Below, piece after piece: positions 54,081 to 64,000 of a stretch of DNA of 64,000 nt. The translations under genes were made by a program, and so were the position numbers. The notes under the pieces were generated by a model. It saw only the letters and a list, made by a program, of their open reading frames with translations, was not told the origin of the DNA and ran no database searches. The stretch comes from the human T2T-CHM13v2.0 reference genome, Homo sapiens, in assembly GCF_009914755.1 (NCBI RefSeq), contig NC_060928.1, one strand, 5' to 3'. The number at the start of each line of letters is the position of its first letter. Within the stretch, counting starts at the first letter, position 1.

Positions 54081-55068
54081 CCTCCATGGAGCTGTGTTGT
54101 ATTCTTCTTAAAGAGTTAACAGCTCATTACCTGGGTCAAAAGAGAAGCCACCATTCACAAAGTACAGATTGAACATTCTGAGTGGGTGGAGAACAGAGCT
54201 TGTGGGGCAGAGAAAGGAGGAATGAAAAATGTTATATGTGAGCTTAGTGTTGAAGAAATAATTTTATCTGAAAATGGAGAGAGGGTTGGCTGTGTCTTCT
54301 ATTTTCTCTTTAGGAAGCAATCTCTTTCTGCTTCTCATACAGCAGAGATGTAGGTCTTTTCCAGTATCAAGTACACATAAGCTTTGTTAATGTACTGTAT
54401 GATTTGAGGTCTTCACTATTATCCGTCATTATTTGCTGTCTTGCTCAATTTAACCTCATCCATCTGAAAGCTGGGAAATTGTGTTTAGATTCTTTTTCAC
54501 TGTTGTTTGGGTTAAGTAGGCTTGAAAGCAGGGAATCCTTAATGACCCATCTTCATTATGTGAGGAAATTATATAATGTAGTATACCAGCTTTGCATTTA
54601 ACCTTAAATTTGTACTCCATTATTTAGTCATTAACGTTATGTTTTATATGACCCCAATTCTTAGGATGATCAGTAAAGGCTCGCTTCTGTATTATTGTGG
54701 GGTAAATTGAATTAAATTCAGAAAAATTTCCCAAGTCCCAAGCCTTTATATCTTTATCTTTCTATCCCCAATTCCTACCATGGTATCTGGCCCAAATTAG
54801 GAGCTCAATAAATATTTTTAAATGAATAAATGTTAGGTGATACAAAGGATGTCAACATGAATAAGATTTTGTCTTGACACTCAACAATTTTGAAAAATGA
54901 TTATGAGGGCTAATTAAAACATATCAGAATAATTCCAATGTCTGATTATATATTAAAAGTTACAAAGTAGTATGTGAGTTCTGTGATTAGAAGGGTACAT
55001 GACAACTGGTTAGGAAAGAAGAACTGGAAGACTTAAAGCAGAAGGCAACATTAGAAAAGAATATCAAC

Positions 55069-55824
55069 CAAAACCACTATGAGATATCATCTCACACCAG
55101 TTAGAATGGCAATCATTAAAAAGTCAGGAAACAACAGGTGCTGGAGAGGATGCGGAGAAATAGGAACACTTTTACACTGTTGGTGGGACTGTAAACTAGT
55201 TCAACCATTGTGGAAGTCAGTGTGGCGATTCCTCAGGGATCTAGAACTAGAAATACCATTTGACCCAGCCATCCCATTACTGGGTATATACCCAAATGAG
55301 TATAAATCATGCTGCTATAAAGACACATGCACACGTATGTTTATTGCGGCACTATTCACAATAGCAAAGACTTGGAATCAACCCAAATGTCCAACAATGA
55401 TAGACTGGATTAAGAAAATGTGGCACATATACACCATGGAATACTATGCAGCCATAAAAAATGATGAGTTCATATCCTTTGTAGGGACATGGATGAAATT
55501 GGAAACCATCATTCTCAGTAAACTATCGCAAGAACAAAAAACCAAACACCGCATATTCTCACTCATAGGTGGGAATTGAACAATGAGATCACATGGACAC
55601 AGGAAGGGGAATATCACACTCTGGGGACTGTGGTGGGATCGGGGGAGGGGGGAGGGATAGCATTGGGAGATATACCTAATGCTAGATGACACATTAGTGG
55701 GTGCAGCGCACCAGCATGGCACATGTATACATATGTAACTAACCTGCACAATGTGCACATGTACCCTAAAACTTAGAGTATAATAAAAAAAAAAAATGTA
55801 AAAAGAAAAAAAAAAAAAAAAAAA
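55069..55824 (+). mobile_element. L1HS Ta (Ta-1) LINE-1, 5'-truncated, 16-bp perfect TSD
   Basis: Near-identical to the L1HS 3' end. Ta diagnostics ACA (55691-55693) and G (55776); Ta-1 diagnostics T55297/G55300 (cccaaaTgaGtat); TSD agaaaagaatatcaac at 55053-55068 and 55825-55840; TT/AGAA endonuclease-type site. Confidence 0.97.
55079..55579 (+). pseudogene. Intact C-terminal 166 aa of L1 ORF2p (cysteine-rich domain), promoterless fragment
   Basis: [38 protein letters not shown]... contains CX3CX7HX4C and ends ...HRIFSLIGGN*, the canonical ORF2p terminus. Confidence 0.95.
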
Positions 55825-56229
55825 AGAAAAGAATATCAACATGTGATTGAGAAAGGGATACTCTGATGTCCACACATATAATTCAGATACATTGCAATGT
55901 TTTCCTTCAAGGAGGGGACCATGTCTATTATATCTGCATCCTTGCCACATTATACAGATATTGAATAATCCTAGAGGCACGCAGTAAATAGTAAATAGAT
56001 TGTGTAGTTTTGTACGTAACACAGACTGGCTTGATTGATAAAATTGATCAGCTACCATGAAAAAGTTGGGATTACCTAATTAAGCTAATTTGTTGTTGTT
56101 TGTTGTATTTTTGATAGTTAGAAGAAATCTGCACAGAGGAGAATTTTGCCAATTATTACTTAATATTCTGATATAAATTATTGAGCAATTTTATAAAAGT
56201 TCAAAGAATCCTCACAACCAGCATAAAGT

Positions 56230-56440
56230 AAGGTGTTTGAGTTAGACAATATGGTTTCAAATTCATACCCATTAGTTTATAGCCACGTAAGTTGATGTTG
56301 GTTATTTGACCTCTTTTAGCATCCATTTCAGCATTATTAAAGTAGTAATAATAACCTCTACTTCAATCCTTGTATGAAAATTAAATAAGATTAAAATTCA
56401 TAAACTACTTAGCAAATTTCAGAGCCTTAGTGTTTAACAA
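56230..56440 (+). mobile_element. MIR SINE
   Basis: gagttagac..tggtttcaaattc...gttatttgacctct...taataataacctctacttca..ttgtatgaaaattaaataagat. Confidence 0.6.
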
Positions 56441-57044
56441 AAATAAACTTCTTTTATATCAGCTAAAATGATTTGGTTTCCATCAATAGACATTTTAACC
56501 CAAATTAACTTAAAGAATAAAAAAAAAATCTTTGTCACATGTAACAAAAAGCCAAAGGAACACATTTTACCTTGAGTCCTTCAGGGGCTTAATTATGCCA
56601 TTAGGGAACCAGATTCCTTCTTTCTTTCGGCACTGACAATTCTTAGTGAATTGGTCCTGTGTGCTGGCATGTTAGCACTGCTTACCCTCATGGCCCAATG
56701 TGGCTGTATCAGTTCCAGACATCACATCTAACACAGTAACCTCCAAAAACAGAAGGTAACTGTTTTTCCTTGTCTCTCATAATTTTGATAAATAAACATT
56801 TTAAAATAAGCATAATAGCTGTGTTTTATGTTTCTTTAGCCAAAACAAGACATATGCATGTCTTTAAGTCACTAGCAAGAGCATGGGAGTATTTTTATTA
56901 GGATGGACAAGTCATTTGGGGTGCAGGGCATTTTGAAGCGTCAAAAAACATACTTACTGTGAAGTATAAATTTCTAGTTTGGATTTTTTGTTTTATTTTA
57001 AATACCTCTTGGTATCCTCTCCTGAATAAATAAAAAATAAGTAA

Positions 57045-57365
<321 letters not shown>

Positions 57366-59862
57366 AAATTATTCTTGAACACATAGGAAGCCTAATTAAG
57401 TATCTGTTTGTTTCTATCCAATGAAAGTACAATCAGTCAAGTCGACTTACTCAATGGAGAAAATGAATAGTTCCCTTACCTTTGTAATCTTTAGGTAAGG
57501 AGTAAAAGATAAAAATATCAAATTGAATCTTACAAGCAAGTATCAACAAATGATAGTTGATGAACTATCTCTTTTTTTTCAAATCTGTTTTCCAAAAACC
57601 CATGGTCTTCTCTATGGCATATGGATTTTCTATAGGTTCTCCAACATATATGTATTTGACGTTTATGAAGTAGTGTTCAGTTCTGTGAAACTGCATTTAA
57701 CTGCAGATGAAATATGCATTTTTGAATTGACCCCCAAAGAGATGTGACGTAACTAGTCTGTTCTAGCAGTGACTTAGAAGCAGAGACTCATGTGCCAAAC
57801 ATTTATTCACATTGCATGTGCCCTTTCAGTCTTTTATTAATCTGTAACATTATAAGAAAACTTTACCACAAGAAAATACAAAGAAAACCATAATTTTGTA
57901 GCAGTATTATTATCTTAAACTACAATTTACAATAAATATATGAAGAATTTGACATGAGGAAAAAGCAGTGTACAATAAGCAGGAATGCTTCTACTTAAAT
58001 CTTAACACATTGGCCTATTTTTGCCAGATGTTTTTATTTTAGCATTTTTTGTTCCATATAAATGACAATATTTTTTCCAACTGTAAAAAGAATGAATAAT
58101 TTATGAAAAAATAGCTTGTGAAACATTACATTTGGCATTTCTGTTTAGTGCCAAGATTTAGCAGTGCAGTGGGAAAGTTACAAATTATTAATGCGTTCAT
58201 TTCATTAAATGACCATAGAAGTTTTCCTTTCCTTTTATAGATAAAATTTCCCCATTTCCAATTTTATCTTTACTTTTTTTCCATGCATTGTGTCTCTATA
58301 AACTACAAAATCCACGCAAAACAGCTAATGATTTAATATCATCCAAATGTTTAAAATATTGTAGGAAAAAGTTAAGTAGCAAAACTAAACAATTAAATTA
58401 CTAGAATTGTGAACATGACACTTACTGGTAGGCTTTTGTATTTCCTGGTTAGCAGCATAGGTTTGGGGGTTATAAATCAATAGTACAGCTCTCTCCAGCA
58501 CAGGATATGCTATGACATTTTGAGATCACAGAAGAAATGCTGGTTTAGAGATATTTGAATGGAATTGCAGTTAAAATAATCAAGTGATGTTGTAAGAAAA
58601 AGTAAATCACAAGATGATGTTATTATGGGCCTATGCCATAGTGCTCATGAAGATTATTAACCATCCATCAAACTTTCATGTTACTACATCAAGAGAATCA
58701 AGAGAATAATAATTATCTAGGATTTTATATTTGATTAGAAATACTTTTGACATTTAAGAATTAATATTAAGGCACTTTTTCAATACTATGTTTAGTCAAC
58801 TCAGTCTAGGGTTATAGAGATTATTCATAATTTGCTTATTGTAGGTAAGTAGGAGATGACTACGATTTTGTAGGGAGACAGAAGACGGCAGTTAAGATGT
58901 AACAATTGAAGGCTAATTAATTTTTCAAAAAGAAATCTCATAGGATGGCATTATCATGGTGCCTTCAAACATTCTTGTCCGTGTTGCATTGTTCACAAAA
59001 TTGGGTTGGCTGACTCATAATAATTAAACACCTAAGAGAAAGAACCATATAAACAAACCCTTAGTAAATTCATTTCAAAGGGGACATTCCTTCTAATTGA
59101 CCAAAATCATTCTATCTTTCATCCAAGGGATTCTCATCCAAGCTTGTAGCTCAGGGAAATCCGGATTACTAATTGGAATGTTGCCTGGAGAGTGCAGAAA
59201 CAAGGCAAAGACAAGTGGTGGGTTTGGCCAAGATGAGAAAGCACCACTCTAAGACAACTGAAAGTTGTGTTTTTTCTCTGGACATTTTGCATGCACTTGT
59301 TCACTGTGTGGCTCCATACTTTTTCATTCACAGTCTTTCTCCGGCATAAATCATCAGTTTGCCACTTCCAAATTTAAGTCACAGTTTAGTATACCACTCT
59401 TAAATTAACTTCCATTTTGCCGTCAGTGGTGTGCTTGGATGTTCCCAACAGTTTCCAGTCACACATTTACAGTCTCAGGTTACTATTGGATTTGTCTGAT
59501 CATACTTAAAATCTCAAAAAATCACAATTATTTTTATTTATTTATTTATTTATTTATACATCATTCTTGCCAGTAAGATCATCTTTTTTTTCTTGGAAAC
59601 CACCAACCTACTCCTTTTCCTTACTGTGTGTCTCAGTTTTCTATATCTGGTTTCTAATAATCATGCTATTGATGTCATTTAAGATCTACTGTCTAATTAC
59701 TAGTAACTTAAATATCACAATATCTCTGGTACTGATAGACCTAGGATCTGAAATTATGTTTATATGATCCAAAGTTTATGACTTATTAAAAAGGAAGTAA
59801 AAAATACTGTTAAAATTACAATTATATTAAAAAATATGGAGTAGTACATATACCAAGGGTCA

Positions 59863-59933
59863 AATGAATCTTTCTTTCATAAAATAAAACAATCAAATAA
59901 TGGTTATTTTATTTTATGAAGGAAAGATTCATT
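59863..59933. repeat. 33-bp inverted repeat with 5-nt spacer
   Basis: 59863-59895 vs 59901-59933 are reverse complements with 3 mismatches. Confidence 0.92.
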
Positions 59934-59940
59934 AACCTTG

Positions 59941-60130
59941 CTGGTGGAGGCTTGTGGGGAGGAAGAGCATCAGGAAAAATATCTAACAGATGATGGGCTT
60001 AATACCTAGGTGATGGGATGATCTGTGCGGCAAACCACCATCTCACTTGTTTACCTATATAAAAACCTGCACATCCTGCACATGTACCCCAAAACTTAAA
60101 TGTTAAGGGGGAAAAAAGAAATATCAAAAA
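59941..60130 (+). mobile_element. Short L1PA (older primate) 3' end
   Basis: gggaggaagagcatcaggaaaaata...gggcttaatacctaggtgatgggatgatctgtgcggcaaaccaccat...cctgcacatcctgcacatgtacccc. Confidence 0.88.
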
Positions 60131-60825
60131 ATAAAATAAAATGACCAAATAATTAATTCACAATGAAAGGGTCACTGGTTGACTCGTTCAGCTTTCAGCT
60201 GAAATCCCCAAATGCAAAGTAACTTTAAAGAACAGTGTACTCTACTGGGAATTCACAGACAGCAACAACACTATCATCACAACAACAAATATAAATTGGA
60301 CCTTCATTGGCTCTCAATGATCTTTTCATCCATCTCTTACTAAATCCATTTTTATTTTATATCAATTCTATTTAAAACCTCCCACTTCTCTTTGAGCTCC
60401 TGGTTCTTTACTCTCTTCCTCTCATGGTTAACAGATGATCTTGCTTTTATTCATTGTTCATACAAGAACAAATGAACAGTAAAGAAACACCTAACTACTC
60501 ATATTATACTTGGAATTTCTACAACAAATGAATTCTATCTCAGAGTTCTGAAATAATTTAAAATTAATCTCACTGAACCAATGAAAGTACACTATTTATA
60601 AAATATGAAAAAGCGAAACAGTACAAAAATCTAAAGGGAAAAGAAAAAAAAAATAATTTTTTTTTTTTGTTCAAAGAGAAGTTGAAGGTAGTTTGCACGA
60701 TATAAGATGAGAATTCCATGCCCAAATTTTGGCAAAAATGATGATAGATATTTTAAATGCTGTCTTATATTTGAATTTAAAAATTTTATGTATAAAAGTA
60801 AAATACTTGTGATTGCATTTGATGG

Positions 60826-61148
60826 CACTGGATGCCATTATCCCTAGCAAACTAACACGGGAACAGAAAAACAAATACCGCATGTTCTCACTTATAAGTG
60901 GGAGCTAAATCAAGAGAACACATGGACACAGAGAAGGGAACAACACACACTGGGGCCTATCAGGAGGTAGAGGGTGGGAGGAGGGAGAGTATCAGGAAAA
61001 ATAACTAATGGGTATTAGGCTTCATACATAGGTGATGAAATAATCTGTACAACAAACCCCCATGACAAAAGTTTACTTAGATAACAAACCTGCATTTGTA
61101 CCCCTGAACTTAAAAGTTTAAAAAAATCAAAAAATTAAAATTAAAAAA
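60826..61148 (+). mobile_element. L1PA (PA13-16-like) 3' end
   Basis: gccattatccctagcaaactaac...gttctcacttataagtgggagctaaat...gtacccctgaacttaaaag plus A-rich tail. Confidence 0.88.
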
Positions 61149-62444
61149 TGTAGAACACAGCAAATTTGAAAAGTATACTACAATGGGAAGCAATAAATAA
61201 ATAAATAAATAAAAACAAGGAAACTTCCACCTTGCAATGATAGATTTATTCAGATTTGTTATGAATTGTTTGTCCACTTATCTCCTTTGTCATCATTACT
61301 TATGTGGAGTAGATTTTTTTTCAAACCACTGACTTTAGGTTTCATATGGACTTCTTTTGGCCAAAGAAATATGATTGGTTTGAGTGTGGTGCTCAAGCCT
61401 ATGCTTTTAGGAGCAGTGCAAGTTTTTGTTTTGTCAATCTTCTTGCATTGTTGGAATGCATGTTGGAATGAATCACTGGAAACACGTTGCCCTCTTGTGT
61501 TCTTGTCCTCCACCAAAGGTAACTCAAGAAGAAAGTGTTCCTTCAAAGGACATCTAAACTCAGTCTGCACACTCAAGCCAAGCTCACAGAAGACCAGCCA
61601 AGACCAGTGAAATCATGGAGGCTTTGGAATGCTTTGAGGTACAAAACTCAAGCTTTACTTAATGTGAGTGAATATTTGTTGTAAGCTAATGAAATTTTGC
61701 ATTGGTTTTCATGTACATAATCTAGTAAATGCTGACAAACATATGCAACATCCCAATATCTCTTTACCCCTTCACTGAGTGAGATGGGTAGAAAAGAATT
61801 GTGAAATATTTTAATGTGTTTTTATAAAGCAATGTTATTATGTATACCTTTATTCATAGTTAGATGAATTGAGGTGATATTTAAATGTAATTTTCTAGCA
61901 TAACATTTTTATTTAATATTGCCTATGATAATATTATTTTATAAAGTGCATTTGTAGTGGGTGCATACTATTCCATAATACGAAGTTTCAAGTTTATTTA
62001 ATGGAAATAAGCTTAAAGGCCTACATTGTTAGACCATTACATTGTTTTCAATTATATTTTACACTGGAATGAACCTCTTTGACCTCATTCTTGTTTATGT
62101 CACAGACAAGATATGAGTTTCCCAAAATAGACTTAATTTATCAAAATAAACATGTATTTTAAGACTGCTGATGCACATAGGTTTTGTCATCTAGAAACTT
62201 TGGAGTAACTTACCCTTCCATACCCAACTTATGAAGCTTCATATTTTATTGTATTCTCATTACCATCAAATATTAAAATTTCTAAACATTTCCTAATTGC
62301 ACAGGCAGAAATGACATCTTGTTTTAATTAGGGGTTAAACGCAATTTAACTATTGAACTGTAAGCATTAGAAGACAATTGCTAATCAAGAGTCAGGCAAT
62401 GATTACAGTGGATAAGGTATACAACATTAATTTATTTCATGCTA

Positions 62445-62662
62445 ACATTGTTTCCTTTTGAGAGGAGCATCATAGAGATGGTATGTAATAGATGTCTGGA
62501 GACATAATATAGTATATTAGTATTTGAGTTGTTGCAATGATTTAAGGGTCCTATAGGCATTTAGTAGGTAGAGGCCAGAAATGCCACATTGTTTTGCAGT
62601 GCATTGGATGGTCCTTCATAAAAGTGTCTCGTCTCAAATGCTAAACACAATTTCCTTGAGAA
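62445..62662 (+). mobile_element. MER20-like hAT fragment
   Basis: atgtctggagacat...ggcatttagtaggtagaggccagaaatgc...caaatgctaa..ttgagaa. Confidence 0.55.
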
Positions 62663-64000
62663 TCATTAGACTATAAGATGTAAATTGGGTCAATGGCAAC
62701 CTAAGTGATCTCTGCAAGATCAATGATAATGCTTTTCTCTTGGCCTTCTCTCTTTTTCTCTTTTTTCCTCTCATTCTCCAGACACACACACACATACAAA
62801 CACACACACATAAACACATGCAAATACTAAATATTTAATTATAAATTCATGTAATGACTTGAATGTGTATAGCAGTAACATGTAGTTCAAATTCATCAGC
62901 AGCAAATAGAAAAGTTTGACCAATGTCCTGGCTGAAAAAACAGATTCCAAGAATGTAAAGTATCAGAATGAAGGATCAAATCCTATTTTATTGTGGACAT
63001 TTACAACACTCCTTCTTCTCTTATAGAACTGAATCCATTTTAACTTGTATTGACATCGTTTGAATTAATTTTTTCACTTAGACTCTATGTGCCTTGACAG
63101 TATACCATTACTAGTCAACTCTGGAACGTGGTATATTTTAATTACTCTGTATCTATTTAACAACATAAAGAATAAGTGAATGAATATCATCACTTTGCAT
63201 CTATTCTCTATATAATCCCACTCACCAAGAAAATTGATGTTGGTAAAACGTACCATTAAAAGTTTGGACAGGAAAAAAAGAAACCACCCAAGTATTTTTA
63301 ACAGGAAGGAATCTAAAGCAGGAATAGTCACTTGAAAACCCATGGAAAGTGCTATGGGAGCAATAGTTAGTGAGAAATTATTAACTTCTGGAAAATTAGG
63401 ACACAAGGAAATTGAGTGCAGATGTTGCCAATAATCTCAAAAATGAAGCAGGTAATTTGAAGAAGTTTACTCAGAACCTGTTGAAAACTGTACCTCTGCC
63501 CTCTGCCCACATTTCCCCTAGCTTCTACTATAGGAGAATGGTAATGACTACTCCTTTCTAGCCATGTTCTAAATCTCATATGAGTACCTCTTACAGGCAG
63601 ACCCTGAGCTTTGCCCAATGAGCCAGAAAAATCGGGAAATTACGTCTTCCAAGGTTCAAGCCACTGTGATATAATGAGAATATAGCAGGGGTGAGGATGG
63701 GAGTGAGTTGCCAGTAGTCAATCTACCACACTAGACAGCATTTCCAAATTCTGGATATTTTCATTTTTCATTTTGCTCCTTGAAACATAGTAGAACTATA
63801 CTATCTGTTCCATTTTTTTTCTCTTTCTGAATTACATTCATGTTTCAAAAGCAGGGCTGTAAAATATGTGTTCAGGATAGCATGGAGTTTTAGGGATATA
63901 GCTATGTGGAAGTATGACTCAGATGTGGAAGACATGGCAGAGCCTAGCTCCAAAGACCTCTAATTTCAGCAGCATCAAGCATATGAGAGCCTATATAAAA

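Noticed and set aside
55623-55656. G-quadruplex-forming G-tract
   Set aside because: Standard part of the L1HS 3' UTR; already known
55444-56058. Longest ORF in the window (204 aa, minus strand)
   Set aside because: Mostly the antisense of the L1HS 3' end and poly(A) tail; no sign of independent coding function
61259-61610. Overlapping 105-aa and 114-aa ORFs in apparently unique sequence
   Set aside because: No recognisable domain, no promoter or clear splice context, and length within chance expectation
63270-63732. Possible ancient ERVL-type LTR (LTR16/LTR33-like)
   Set aside because: Too diverged to assign by eye; not reported as a feature

Overview
Human non-coding genomic DNA: AT-rich, CpG-poor, with no CpG island and no recognisable cellular protein-coding gene, rRNA, tRNA or CRISPR array. 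The species call rests on a human-specific L1HS-Ta insertion plus several AluS elements. It is either a gene desert or a very large intron. A large share is interspersed repeat: L1 of several ages, L2, MIR, Alu, MaLR/ERVL/ERV1 solo LTRs, MER2/MER3/MER58/MER20/MADE1 DNA-transposon relics and microsatellites. Nearly all listed ORFs are chance or repeat-derived; the exception is the ORF2p C-terminus of the young L1. Main points of interest: (1) a 5'-truncated L1HS Ta-1 with a perfect 16-bp TSD and an interrupted tail (55053-55840), probably polymorphic; (2) a unique-sequence stretch with 8 MEIS/TGIF-type TGACA sites plus PBX-HOX and other homeodomain motifs (6550-6790), a candidate developmental enhancer; (3) repeated fold-back or templated-insertion scars, including a 33-bp inverted copy of flanking DNA at an L1 5' junction (59863-60153) and a 204-bp patchwork insertion bounded by a perfect 50-bp repeat (15367-15620); (4) a four-level nested transposon stack (MER21 > L1PA > MADE1 > Alu). 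I found no convincing new gene system. Repeat subfamilies were assigned by eye from remembered consensus sequences, and boundaries of old repeats are approximate.
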